From Saprolegnia diclina VS20 (Eukaryota), in NCBI RefSeq assembly GCF_000281045.1, contig NW_008246079.1, positions 238,724 to 302,723 of the forward strand: a stretch of DNA of 64,000 nt, read 5' to 3'. This document shows, piece by piece, positions 1 to 11,472 of this stretch. The stretch's first letter is position 1. The number at the start of each line of letters is the position of its first letter. The position numbers and the translations under genes were made by a program. The notes beneath the pieces were generated by a model. That model did not search any database, was not told the origin of the DNA, and saw nothing but the letters and a program-made list of their open reading frames with translations.

Positions 1-1399
1 GCGTCCAGCACGGACGATGACGATTCGAAGAAGGATTTTCGAGAAGGCGACAAGATCGAAGCGCAGTACAAGGGCAAGTCGAAATTCTACCCTGGCGTCA
101 TCTCTCGTGCTCGCCTCAACGGGACGTTCGATATCGACTACGACGATGGCGAAAAGGAAACGGGTGTCGCTGCTGAGCTCATTCGGAAAAGGGTGGCACG
201 TCGCCGAAGAAGAAGTCCAACGACTCGGATGATGACCGCAAGCCCAAGAAGTTTAAAGAAGGCGACAAGATCGAGGCCCAGTACAAGGGCAAGTCCAAGT
301 TCTACCCCGGTGTCATCTCTCGGGCTCGCCTGAACGGGACGTACGACATCGACTACGATGACGGCGAGAAGGAAACTGGAGTCGCTGCCGAGCTCATTCG
401 AGCCAAGGGTGGTTCGTCTCCAAAGAAGAAGTCGAACGACTCGACCGACGACGACAAGCCAAAGAAGTACAAGGAAGGCGACAAGATCGAAGCGCAGTAC
501 AAGGGCAAGTCGAAGTTCTACCCCGGCGTCATCTCTCGGGCTCGCCTCAACGGAACGTACGACATCGACTACGACGACGGCGAGAAGGAGACGGGTGTCG
601 CTGCTGACTTGATCAAGCTCAAGGGTGGGGCATCTCCAAAGAAGAAGGCGTCCAGCACGGACGATGACGTTTCGAAGAAGGATTTTCGAGAAGGCGACAA
701 GATCGAAGCGCAGTACAAGGGCAAGTCGAAATTCTACCCTGGTGTCATCTCACGAGCTCGCCTCAACGGCACTTATGACATCGACTACGACGATGGCGAA
801 AAGGAGACGGGCGTCGCTGCTGAGCTCATTCGGAAAAAGGGTGGCACGTCACCGAAAAAGAAGTCCAACGACTCGGACGATGACAAGCCGAAGAAGTTTA
901 AAGAAGGCGACANNNNNNNNNNNNNNNNNNNNNNNNNNNNNNNNNNNNNNNNNNNNNNNNNNNNNNNNNNNNNNNNNNNNNNNNNNNNNNNNNNNNNNNN
1001 NNNNNNNNNNNNGTCATCACCCGCGCGCGGCTCAACGGCACGTATGACATCGACTACGACGACGGCGAGAAGGAAACCGGAGTCGCTGCCGAGTTGATCA
1101 AGCTCAAGGAAGGCGGGGCGTCGTCGTCCAGCACCGCCTCGTACCGCGTTGGTGCTAAAGTCGAAGCGCAGTATAAAGGCAAGAAGGAATATTTCAAGGG
1201 CACGATCACAAAAGATTATGGCGACGGCCGCTACGACATCGAGTACGACGACGGTGACAAAGAGTTCAAAGTGTCCAGTGGGCTCATGCGGCCGCTCAAA
1301 GCGGCGCCGGCCGCGCCGAGCGCGTCGCGCGGTCTCTCGAACTTCCAGCGGCTTGCTGCGACGTCGACCAAGAAGAAGAGCGGGAATAGCTCCGACTAG
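1..1399 (+). CDS. Tandem Tudor-domain repeat protein, 3' part (5' end outside the window; spans an assembly gap)
   Basis: At least five near-identical units of (F/Y)(K/R)EGDKIEAQYKGKSKFYPGVISRARLNGTYDIDYDDGEKETGVAAELI plus one diverged final unit (YRVGAKVEAQYKGKKEYFKGTI...YDIEYDDGD). The YDDG motif and aromatic pattern are typical of Tudor domains. Stop TAG at 1397-1399. A 1-nt shift near 187-190 (AAAA versus AAAAA in the sister unit at about 834-838) and the N gap break the frame. Confidence 0.85.
913..1012. other. Assembly gap (100 N) inside the Tudor repeat array
   Basis: Run of N; both flanks are Tudor repeat sequence. Confidence 0.99.
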
Positions 1400-1483
1400 A
1401 TGTCGTGAGAATGCATGAGTTGATACCAGAACGCAGACATCAACTGTCCACAATAGAGTGTCCACAAACACTGGACTATGCTT

Positions 1484-2593
1484 TTATGCCAAGTGGCGGT
1501 ACGAGGTCCACGTACTACGCAGTGCGGGGTACTGCGGTGGCTCTTCCTTCTTGGCCGACGCCGACGGTGGCGCCGGCTGCTTGGGCGGTACAAAATGATC
1601 GTCGCAGAGGAACTTGGCGTAGTCGTTGCCCTTGTACTTGGTGCCCTTCCACCACGAATACATATCGGGCTTCTCTTCCTTCTTTGGCTCGGCAGGCTAC
1701 GCTTGATACTGCTTACTCGACGCAATGATGTAGTCAAGTACCTTGCTCGGCAGCTTGCCCCACCACTGCGGCGGCTCGCTCCACCTACACGGCGTCGCCC
1801 TGACCAAATCGAATGACGGCTTCGTACCATGGTTTTGCTGTGGCACCTCCCTCCGCCATTGGCTTGGCAGTCTTGGCATCGCCACCTCCCTTGTCTAGTG
1901 CGCTTGATGCAGCGCCTTTTGCCGAGTCGACACCGGTCTGTGCTGGTTTGAGCTGGATTTTGCTGCGTGTGCAAGTATTTCGAATCAGTACAGCGACACT
2001 GGACAGCCGTACCTCTCTTCGATAGCGAGCTTGAGCGAACTTAGTTTCCAAAAGTCGCTTTCCATGTACAGTGCTCTTAGAACCTTCGGGTCGTTGGGCA
2101 AGAGACCGTCTCGAAGGAAGTTGAGGACGTGTCGAAACAGCAACCTACCTCAAGCCATCGAGCGCGCCAAGAAGCATGGACTATACCCGTCGCGGTCGAT
2201 CGCAAAGCCACCAACGTCACTGGCTTGCAGCGGCGAGTCGGCGGCCACCATGGCCGCGAGGAGGGACTTTGGGTCGCGCTTCGCCAGCACGTGGCTAAGC
2301 TCGAAGTCGTAGCCACCCACCTGGAGGCGCAGGCGGGCGCCGCCGACAGCAAAGGCGTCGTGGCAGAACCAGTCGGACGTCGACGCGGCCTGGAACCGAT
2401 CCATCTCGGACTCTAGCAAGGCGCGCTGGAGCAAGAGTCGTCGCTTCTCGTGGCGCAGAAAGGCCTTTTGGCCCGCCACCTTTTGCAGCTGGCCGCGTAG
2501 CTTCTCTTGGCGCGTCTCGACAACGGTCCTGTAGAGGTCGCCTTCGGACTCTTCGTGGCGCATGCGCGACCGCATGTCGTCGTCATAGTACAT
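1484..2593 (-). CDS. BTB/POZ (KCTD/K+ channel tetramerisation type) protein with N-terminal coiled coil, multi-exon
   Basis: ATG at 2593 (MYYDDDMRSR...). Spliced product has LRLQVGGYDF...DPKSLLAAM...FAIDRDG|WLLFRHVLNFLRDGLLP...LYMESDFWKLSSL, the classic KCTD BTB signature. Later exons end ...STWTSYRHLA* (TAA at 1484-1486). Confidence 0.8.
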
Positions 2594-3193
2594 GGTCCTC
2601 GTGCGACTTGCGGCGTCGGTTCCAAAGATCGCGAGGCTAAAAACACCCTGTTTGCACTTGATATTGCACTTGATATTACACTTGGCAGGCAACCGCACGA
2701 AATCACATTCTAAACCAAGCCCCGTTCAAAGAGCACTCACTGCGCGGTTGGCTGCAGCCTCCGAATATGTAGTTGGAGCGAATGGCTCAGACGTAACTAC
2801 GACCCAAGCACCAAACTTGGAGGCTGTGGCGCTCTTGTTTGATTGGATTACGTGTTCATTGTCTTCTGGGGTATTGTTGAATATTGTCTTCTTCTTGGTG
2901 TATAGCATCGGTCCACAAAGGCTCGGTGATCCTTTATACTCCAACAAGATGTTGGCGCCGAGTGGACACTGCCGACAAGTTCCTACCATGTGATTGGTCA
3001 ATGCCAAGATTGGCAATAGCCAATCAAAATGGTTCTTGTGTGGCAAAGACGATCTTGGATCCAGTGGTGCATCTGCCAGACACTGGCGTCGACAGTTCTC
3101 GGTCAGCATAAATCTAGACGTCGAGACTCACTGCAAGTGTCTATAAAATCACAAAATTGGATTTGGATATATTCTAGTGGCTCCTATGTATAT

Positions 3194-4372
3194 TTACGGC
3201 GAGCCTTGACCGCACGCGCCGGCGTCGCTGCAGTCGCGCGGGTACGTCTTGAGTGCGTGCTCGACCTGGATCGTCGTGTGGTCGACGCCCTTGGAGATCA
3301 AGTACTCCTGCGCCTGGTGCAGCGCCTCGTCCGGGTTGCCTTCGCTCACCAAGTGCACGCTCAGCGACGGCAGACCGGCGCTCAGCGACCAAATGTGCAG
3401 ATCATGGGCGTTCGAGACCGCCGGCAGCGCCAAAAGCCCTTCGAGGATGTCGTCCGGGTCGTACCCGTCCGGCGTGCCCTCCATGAGCACGTGGATCGAC
3501 GACTTGATGATGCCGATGGTCGTGCCGAGGACGAGGATCGAGAAGAGGAACGTCGCGATCGGGTCGGCGACCTGCCACTTGGGCTCATACCAAATGAGAC
3601 CGCCGGCGAGGCAGACGCCGAGGCTCTGGATAAAGTCGCCGAGGGCGTGGATGTACGCGGCTTCGATGTTGAGGTTTTCAAGCTTCTTCTTCGTGGGGGC
3701 TTCGTCGTGGCCGTGGCTGTGCGAGTGGCCGTGGCCAGCTTCGACATCGTCGTGGTCATGGTCGTCGTGGTCGTCGTGATCGTGGTCGTCGTGCGAATGC
3801 GAGTGGCCATGCGAGTCGGACTTGGCGCCGTGGGAGTGGTCGTGGCTCTCACCACCGTGCGAGTGGCCGTGGCCGCCACCGACACCGTGCGAATGCGAGT
3901 GGCCGAGGATCTTCATGAGCGCGAGGTTGACGACAAGGCCGATGACAGCAATGATAAACATGAGCTTGCCATCGACATGCTCTTTCGGGTTGTCGCTGAT
4001 GGCGTCCTGGAAGCGGTCAATGGCGGCGTAGACGAGGAAGCCCGTGAGCACCCAAATGACGAGCACCGACACGATGGCACCGAGGATCTCGGCGCGGTGG
4101 AAGCCGTAGCTCATCTTGGAGCTGGCGGGGAACGTTTGGATCCAGATGGCAAAGAGCGAGATGAGGAAGCCGGCGACGTCCGAGAGCAAGTGCGCAGCGT
4201 CCGTCATGATGGCGAGCGAGCCGGCCATGAAGCCACCGACGACTTCGGCAAACATAAAGACGAGCGCAAAGAGGCAGGCCCACTGCAGCTTCTTCTTGGC
4301 ACGGAGCGCACCTTCGTTGAGCGGCGCCGACTTGGCAGGGACAAGCGGCGAGGCTTCGTTCATGGCTGCCAT
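3194..4372 (-). CDS. Cation diffusion facilitator (ZnT/SLC30-type zinc transporter), copy A
   Basis: Intronless 392 aa. SLAIMTDAAHLLSD (TM2 HxxxD), HALGD (TM5), His-rich loop between TM4 and TM5, C-terminal HDLHIWSL...HTTIQVE domain. Confidence 0.96.
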   Translation of the reverse strand: MAAMNEASPLVPAKSAPLNEGALRAKKKLQWACLFALVFMFAEVVGGFMAGSLAIMTDAAHLLSDVAGFLISLFAIWIQTFPASSKMSYGFHRAEILGAIVSVLVIWVLTGFLVYAAIDRFQDAISDNPKEHVDGKLMFIIAVIGLVVNLALMKILGHSHSHGVGGGHGHSHGGESHDHSHGAKSDSHGHSHSHDDHDHDDHDDHDHDDVEAGHGHSHSHGHDEAPTKKKLENLNIEAAYIHALGDFIQSLGVCLAGGLIWYEPKWQVADPIATFLFSILVLGTTIGIIKSSIHVLMEGTPDGYDPDDILEGLLALPAVSNAHDLHIWSLSAGLPSLSVHLVSEGNPDEALHQAQEYLISKGVDHTTIQVEHALKTYPRDCSDAGACGQGSP

Positions 4373-7331
4373 GACGATGGGATTTTGGATTGTGACTCTT
4401 GGGATCCGACGGCGAAGACGGCCCGCCCTTTCTCGAAGGCTTGGCCAATGACTTCGCGATTTGTGGTCGGCGGCGCTACTTGCACTTCCACCTCATTTGG
4501 GTGCAATGAGGCGCGCTGATTGGTGGCTTCGATTTTTTATTCGCATATAAAGTACATGACATCGCGCGGATTGGCCGAAGGCACGCGAACGTGCGCTTCG
4601 ATGTTTGTAGCAGCATACTGGCTAAGCGAATTACGGTGTCGCGCGCCAACTTGCCGACAGGCGAAGGCGTCGCTACAGCCCACCGAAGCGACGTGGTAGC
4701 TTGGTCGGCCAGCAAGGCCGTCAGTTCGTGAGCTTGCGACGGGCACAATGCCAAAGGTGCCGTCACTTCGGAGCTAAATTGTTGGAGCTCACCTTCGGCT
4801 TCGTGACATGATGACCCACACCTGCTCTCCACCTCACTTTGGGATCCAGATGAGGGAAGATGAGAGGTCAGTGGCGTGTCAGCCAGTCAATTGCGAACCC
4901 GGATCCCACGAGGTACATCCGATTAAACGTCCTTCCGCTTCGTTGGTGGCGCTTCTCTTCAAGAAGGAGCTCGTTTTGCGCTTGCATCGCAGAGTGCGGG
5001 CAGTTGAAGGCAAGGACGTACGTTGAGGCGAGAGAGGGAGAGTTCCGTGTCGTTATGACTGATATCTGTCAACGAGAGTATATGGAGTGCGGTATGACGC
5101 CAACATGGAGTTGATGGGAAGCTCAAAGGATCTTGCCTGTACAAGTTGCTATTACCTGTAGTAGGCTCCTTACGATGAAGGAGTACATGTTCACCAGTGG
5201 AGTGTGCAAATGGAGTGCGCTTGACGAAGCAGCTTGCGTCTGCGTAGTTTGCTCTGGTTTCCTCCCTTGTCATAGATCTAGGATTGGGTTGCTTTTCACA
5301 CACATAAATCTCACGTGAACAATTCCAGGTCGGCAATTCGCGCGTGTTTTATAACAACTTGATTATTGTATTCAACCGCACAAAACCCACAGAGTAGGAA
5401 ACGATGTGAGAAATAAAACCCGCGTTTTCCACATATGACGTGGCACATCCACACGACTCCATTTTTGACAACGACATTGCCACGTAGAGATCAACACGAC
5501 CAGATCAAATTCCTGCAGAGGCGACAACTGCCGCGTTCAGCGACGCCCATTGTAGCTTCATGAGGCACTCGACAGCGCCAGGCTTCTCTTTAAGGCAGGG
5601 ACGATGTTCTTTTAACTTTACCTTCCAGGAGGTTGAATGCCCATACCTCGACGCTTCAGCCCGTTACCAGTAGATCGTATTGTCAGTGCATTTGGATGGA
5701 CCAACCGCGTACAGGTTACCATTCCAAATGCGTAAAGAGTGTTCTACCTTCGAGTGGCTGCTAAATCCAAATCCAAATTCAGTACCGGTACAGTGTACCA
5801 GGAGCCAGCCACTGGTTGCAACAGAAAACCGTTGACCGCGTGCAACCACGGCTTTTACTTCTACTGTAGTCGAGCCATTCGACTACCAAACTATACGACG
5901 GCAAGACACGCCGTCGGACAAGATGTCATTGTCTGCTTGCGCTTGTAGCGATCTTCCTCTTGTCCGTTGGTCACGCTTCGAGTCTGCGTATCCGGTCATA
6001 GAACATCCAGTCAGACAGGCGATCTCCTTATTTTAATGCCTCCGCATACAAACAGAGAGCTATTTGCCAATATTAATATATTCGAAGCCAACCCATCGAC
6101 GCGCTCGTTCCTCGCTCCTCTGTGTGGTGCACACCTGCTTTGCCCCGTCGGATCCGAAGCGTTGCCATGGCCTCCGAGTCGACGCCGCTCCTCGCGCGCA
6201 AGGCCGCGCCCAAGCTCAATGAGGCGGCGCAGCGCGCCAAGCGCAAGCTGCAGTGGGCCTGCCTCTTTGCGCTCGCCTTCATGGTCGCGGAAGTCATTGG
6301 TGGCTTCATGGCCGGCTCGCTCGCCATCATGACGGACGCTGCGCACTTGCTCTCGGACGTCGCCGGCTTCCTCATCTCGCTCTTTGCCATCTGGATCCAG
6401 ACGTTCCCCGCCAGCTCCAGGATGAGCTTTGGCTTTCATCGCGCCGAGATTCTTGGCGCCGTCATCTCGGTGCTCGTCATTTGGGTGCTCACGGGCTTCC
6501 TCGTCTACGCTGCCGTCGAGCGCTTCCAGGACGCGATTAGCGACAACCCGCAAGAGCATGTCGATGGCAAGCTCATGTTTATAATTGCCTGCATTGGCCT
6601 CGTCGTCAACCTTGCGCTCATGAAGATCCTTGGCCACAGCCACTCCCATGGCGGCCACGGCGGCCATGGTCACTCGCATGGCGGCGACGATCACGGCCAT
6701 GGGCACGGCGCCAAGTCCGACTCGCATGGCCACTCGCATTCGCACGACGACCACGATCACGACGACCACGACGACCATGACCACGACGATGTCGAAGCTG
6801 GCCACGGCCACTCGCACAGCCACGGCCACGACGAAGCCCCCACGAAGAAGAAGCTTGAAAACCTCAACATCGAAGCCGCGTACATCCACGCCCTCGGCGA
6901 CTTTATCCAGAGCCTCGGCGTCTGCCTCGCCGGCGGTCTCATTTGGTATGAGCCCAAGTGGCAGGTCGCCGACCCGATCGCGACGTTCCTCTTCTCGATC
7001 CTCGTCCTCGGCACGACCATCGGCATCATCAAGTCGTCGATCCACGTGCTCATGGAGGGCACGCCGGACGGGTACGACCCGGACGACATCCTCGAAGGGC
7101 TTTTGGCGCTGCCGGCGGTCTCGAACGCCCATGATCTGCACATTTGGTCGCTGAGCGCCGGTCTGCCGTCGCTGAGCGTGCACTTGGTGAGCGAAGGCAA
7201 CCCGGACGAGGCGCTGCACCAGGCGCAAGAGTACTTGATCTCCAAGGGCATCGACCACACGACGATCCAGGTCGAGCACGCACTCAAGACGTACCCGCGC
7301 GACTGCAGCGACGCCGGCGCGTGCGGTCAAG
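3205..7331. repeat. Inverted repeat: 3205-3832 pairs with 6704-7331 (628 bp, nearly identical)
   Basis: The 3' halves of the two CDF genes are reverse complements. By eye I found only about two mismatches (cag/caa and gtc/atc near the 3' end). Confidence 0.9.
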
Positions 7332-7357
7332 TCTCGCCCAAGTCGGGCGTTGTCTAG
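6167..7357 (+). CDS. Cation diffusion facilitator (ZnT/SLC30-type zinc transporter), copy B
   Basis: ATG at 6167 (MASESTPLL). Same motifs as copy A, transcribed divergently from it. Confidence 0.96.
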   Translation: MASESTPLLARKAAPKLNEAAQRAKRKLQWACLFALAFMVAEVIGGFMAGSLAIMTDAAHLLSDVAGFLISLFAIWIQTFPASSRMSFGFHRAEILGAVISVLVIWVLTGFLVYAAVERFQDAISDNPQEHVDGKLMFIIACIGLVVNLALMKILGHSHSHGGHGGHGHSHGGDDHGHGHGAKSDSHGHSHSHDDHDHDDHDDHDHDDVEAGHGHSHSHGHDEAPTKKKLENLNIEAAYIHALGDFIQSLGVCLAGGLIWYEPKWQVADPIATFLFSILVLGTTIGIIKSSIHVLMEGTPDGYDPDDILEGLLALPAVSNAHDLHIWSLSAGLPSLSVHLVSEGNPDEALHQAQEYLISKGIDHTTIQVEHALKTYPRDCSDAGACGQVSPKSGVV

Positions 7358-7751
7358 ATCTAGAGACTGAACTACAGATGCACCTATGCAGTGACGAGCC
7401 ATTTTGCCTGTACGTCGACCTCGGTAATAGCCAAGCCATTTTGCTACAGAACACGGCAAGCGTTGAGAGCTATGGGAGATACCAAGGTGGCCCATCGAGC
7501 TTCGGGGTGAAGTGCAACTTCAACGTCGCAGGAAGAGATGCCGTGGGTTAACATACCCACGTCGCCAAGTCTCTTGCGGTTGCGTGACTGTTGTTTGTCT
7601 CAGTATTTGTATGCGGTTTTTAATTGGCTTGCATGTATACACAGATCCCAATTGCATTTTATTAAAAATAAAATACGTGTCACGGGACCTTGTGGCGGTC
7701 AACGCAGCGAGCCCTCATTTCGAGTAAACCGAGTTGTTGGCACGGACGACG

Positions 7752-9185
7752 ATGGCACCGTCGGCGTCGGTCCCGCTGGCCGTCTGCGTCATGGAGGGCG
7801 ACGCGATCCTGCAGCGCTCGTTGACGCACGCGCTTCCGTCGACGACCTTTGTGGACATCCTCAAGGCCTTTGCCGCCGGCCAGTATGCGCAGCGCGTGAG
7901 CGGCGCGGTCGTCCGCGTCGGCGACGCCGCTTCCAAGATCCTCAACCACGCCGCCGACATGGACGAGGTCGACATGTTCATGACGTACGAGGACGCGCTC
8001 CATGTGCTCGGCGAGATCAAGAAGGTCGTGTTCCTCCTTGCGCCGCCCAGCGCGATGCACTTTCTCTCGCCGCCGCTCTACGCCACGCCGTCGCCCGCGC
8101 CGTACACCCTCACGACCAAGAAGCGCCGGCTCCAGAACCGAACCGCAACCTCGCTCGAGAGCCAGCACAACATGGTAGCGATCGCCAACATCTTGCACCA
8201 GGCGCAGCCGGCCCACGTCAAGTACCTCGTGCTGCCGTCGCGCTACAAGGTACCGGCGACCGACCCGTTCCCGCTGCCATTGCGCGGCACGACGATCGAC
8301 GTCATGGTGTTTCGCCAAGCGTACAAGGTGCGCATCCTCGAGCCCGATATTGTCGCGGCCCTCGATGCGCTTCACTTTGTCTGGGACGTGCAAGAGCACA
8401 AGCGCGACATGAACCTTCTCGCACTGCGCACGTACAAGCAGATCTGCGGCGACCTTCTCGTGCCCGAGCGCTTCCATGTGCCCGAAGACGACGCGTGGCC
8501 GTCCGAGGTGTGGAACCTCCATCTTGGCCGCGTCGTGCGCAAGATCCGCAGCTACGGCCCCGACGGCCCGGTGCAGCGCAAGGACGAGCTGCTTGCGATG
8601 GGCTTTGTGTGGGAGCACGCCGACTTCCAGTGGAACATTCACTTGCACGCGCTGCAGATCTACCGCCGCCTCCACGGCCACATCAAGGTGCCGCAGTTCT
8701 TCAAAGTGCCCAACGAAGAGAACGCGACCGTGGCCACCTGGCCGCGCGACATGTGGGGGCTCCAGCTCGGCCGCATCGTCAACAGGCTGCGGCTGACGAT
8801 GGACACGATGCCGACGTCGCACAAGCACGCGCTCGACGACCTCGGGATGGTGTGGGTCGCCAGCAAAAAGTTTAGCTGGGAACACCGCCTTTTGGGCTTG
8901 ACGACGTTCAAGCGCCTGTATGGCCACCTCAAAGTACCCAAGTCCTTTCAAGTCCCCGAGCGCGACCCGCAGTGGCCAACGCACATTTGGAAGATGCAGC
9001 TCGGGTGGGTCGTCAAGGACCTTCGCAACAAGGAGGATACGATGCCCCACGACCGCAAATTGCAGCTCTTGCAGCTCGACTTTGTGTGGAAGAAGACGCC
9101 CGAGCTCGACCTTCTGGCACGGAACACGCCCGACCTGCTCGCCAACCTCCAGGACAGCACGTCGCACGTGGTCGAAATCATCTAA
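7752..9185 (+). CDS. Helicase-associated (HA) domain repeat protein with three HA repeats
   Basis: Repeats of AL..Y...(Y/H)G(D/H)L.VP..F.VP....WP...W.L.LG..V..LR......L..LGFVW, e.g. ALRTYKQICGDLLVPERFHVPEDDAWPSEVWNLHLGRVVRKIR. Intronless; no helicase core. Confidence 0.85.
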   Translation: MAPSASVPLAVCVMEGDAILQRSLTHALPSTTFVDILKAFAAGQYAQRVSGAVVRVGDAASKILNHAADMDEVDMFMTYEDALHVLGEIKKVVFLLAPPSAMHFLSPPLYATPSPAPYTLTTKKRRLQNRTATSLESQHNMVAIANILHQAQPAHVKYLVLPSRYKVPATDPFPLPLRGTTIDVMVFRQAYKVRILEPDIVAALDALHFVWDVQEHKRDMNLLALRTYKQICGDLLVPERFHVPEDDAWPSEVWNLHLGRVVRKIRSYGPDGPVQRKDELLAMGFVWEHADFQWNIHLHALQIYRRLHGHIKVPQFFKVPNEENATVATWPRDMWGLQLGRIVNRLRLTMDTMPTSHKHALDDLGMVWVASKKFSWEHRLLGLTTFKRLYGHLKVPKSFQVPERDPQWPTHIWKMQLGWVVKDLRNKEDTMPHDRKLQLLQLDFVWKKTPELDLLARNTPDLLANLQDSTSHVVEII

Positions 9186-9957
9186 ATACCCTACCCCTCG
9201 GCGTTGAATGTGTCTACGAGTACTGCTACTTATATCCAATGCAGTATGTAGTACCCACTGCCCAACGACTTGGCGATGAGGAGCAGACACACAGCGCACT
9301 CTGCAGTGGCAGACCTATACACGCGGACCGTTGTGCGGCCACGAACCCGCGCCAGTGCATGAGGCCCAAGAATAAGCTATGCCCCAAGTCCCCACACCTG
9401 GACGCCTCCCGGCAAATCACCATCAACAAGGCTTCCAAATGCACGTCCTGTACTTGGCGCGGTGCTGACTCGGCGAGGAACCCTACCCCTAGTCCGATAC
9501 CGAGCCGTTGCAACTCGGTTCGTTGTGAATCTAAATCGTACAATCTGTGTCGACAATAGTCGCAGTGGAATGAACTACGCTCTCTACGCTCAGGCTTCCG
9601 CGCGATCACATTGTATCGTGCAATAGCGACACCACTGCGTACAAGCTATTCCCAATACGACTGTTTCAACAGGCAAATAGGAACTTATTTTCTTGGATTT
9701 TGTCGGATGTTGGAAGAGATACGCTCTTGGCACCTTCGCTGCGTGCATCGAGAGCAGTGAAGCCGAGGACGATGCCAGATGTACCACCACCAACGCCGCC
9801 AGAACGACATTTCCCTTGACCCAACTAGATATCTAACACGCAACACAATTTGGTAGAATGTCCTCAAGTCCTTAACGACAATCGTGCGATGCACAACATG
9901 TCCATGGTACACCTGTAGTACTATGCAAAACGCTACTATATGCAAAAACTAACAAAC

Positions 9958-11467
9958 TCAGGCGTGCGGCGCCTGGCGGGCTTGGAGCGTCACGTGTACT
10001 GCGAGCGGGTCCTTGGGGATAAAGACGCCGACCGCGTTGTGCTGCAGCGTTGCGCGGCCTTCGACGTTAGTGATCGACGCGCGGAGCATGAGCGTCGTGA
10101 CGACAATCTTGACAAAGTCGGTGGCATAGTGCTGGCCGGGGCAGAGGTATTTCCCAAAGCCAAAGGGCGAAAAGTCTTTGGCGAGGCTCGGGTTGTTTAA
10201 GAACCGGTCGTACGCGAAGTTGAACGGGTCAGGAAACGCCGCTTCGTCGTAGTAGGCAAGGTTGCTCTGGAGCACGAGACCGTCGCCCTTGCGCATGGCG
10301 AGCCGCCGACCATCGGGAAAGTCGAGCGTCACATCTTCCATAGCGTACCGGACGGCGCTCGAGTTGAGGGCCAGGCGCAGCGTCTCCTTGACCGCTGACT
10401 CGAGGCGCACACACCTAGTAGCGTCAACATCCTAGCTATAAAAACGTGTCGACGTACTTCTCGATGGCGTCTCGATCCCACGTGGTATTGGTGACGCCGA
10501 CGTGCAACTCGACTTCCTCCTGCACGGCGGCCCACGCGGTCGGGTTCTCCAGTAGGTAGCAGATGGCCCAAAAGCACGCCCGCATCGTGTTGGTCGTCAT
10601 GGCCCACACGAACGAGAGCTGGTGGCCGTCCGTGTCACTGGGTGACACGCCGTGCGTCGCGCAAATCGCGAGCCGGTCTGTCACGACCGACGACACTATA
10701 CACGGGTTACATTAGACCACAAGATCAGAAACCAGAAATCAGAAATCAGAACACGCACACTTGTCGCGAGAAGTCGCAGCGTACTGCCGCAGCGTCGCAT
10801 GCATACGACGCCGGGGCTCCTCGACGCCGAGCCACGCGGCGGGGAAGCCCGCGTAGAGTGCGGTAAACTTGGCGTCCCACGCGTTAAAGTCGGCGCGGAA
10901 CGCCGGCGTCGCGAGGTCTTTGCCATAAAACACTTCGAGAAGCGTCTCAAAGAGCACTTCGTTGAGAAACGGGTAGAGTGCGACTCGTTTGGGGGACGAC
11001 GATAGCTGCAGCTTTTGCAAAAGCGTCGTGGCACTCGCGTGGTTGAACTCGTCGAGCGACGGCTTGTGAAAGCCGAGCGACGTCGTGAGGCTCTTGCGCG
11101 TTGCGGCGGCGATCGACTGGATCGTCTCGTCCGGCTGCGTGGCGTACGTGAACGCTCCGAACCCGACGCCCATCATGCGCGTCTTGAGCGGGAGCAAGCT
11201 CAGTTGCGGGTGCTTCGAGATGGTCGAGAAGAGCGCCGGGTCCGCGATCAGCGTGAGCGGCTCGCCCAGCATCGTGATGTTGAAGATGGTGCCGTACTGC
11301 CGCACCCAACGTTGCACGCAGCGCACGGCGCCGTGGCGGAAATGAATGCTCGCGCCCAGGTACGGCAGGTACGAGTAGACGTACGGATACTGGTTGTGGT
11401 GCCGGTGCGAGTAGCGGTGCCACGTCAGCCAGACGACGAGAAGCGAAGCCAACACGAGCGCCCACAT
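9958..11467 (-). CDS. Cytochrome P450, CYP7/CYP8-like (3 exons)
   Basis: N-terminal anchor MWALVLASLLVVWLTW followed by LPYLGASIHF. I-helix FVWAMTTNTMRACFW, K-helix ETLR, meander FPDPFNFAYDRF, haem motif PFGFGKYLCPG. Introns at about 10696-10758 and 10415-10457 join the three ORFs in frame. Confidence 0.92.
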
Positions 11468-11472
11468 GAGTG

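Noticed and set aside
1..1300. Regular repeats as a CRISPR array or satellite
   Set aside because: They are in-frame coding repeats with synonymous variation and no unique spacers, in a eukaryotic context.
2654..2684. 12-bp tandem repeat (gcacttgatatt x2.5) upstream of the BTB gene
   Set aside because: Too short to assign a function; probably replication slippage.
3029..4519. 496-aa plus-strand ORF (and the 494-aa minus-strand ORF at 6011-7495)
   Set aside because: Antisense shadows of the CDF genes caused by GC-rich codon usage; no recognisable motifs.
4800..5950. Short ORFs between the CDF genes, possibly a decayed gene or transposon
   Set aside because: No motif recognised and no consistent exon chain could be built.
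3205..7331. Long inverted repeat as transposon TIRs
   Set aside because: The arms are transporter coding sequence; no transposase or target-site duplication is evident.
7680..9299. 539-aa minus-strand ORF
   Set aside because: Antisense to the HA-repeat gene; same codon-bias artefact.
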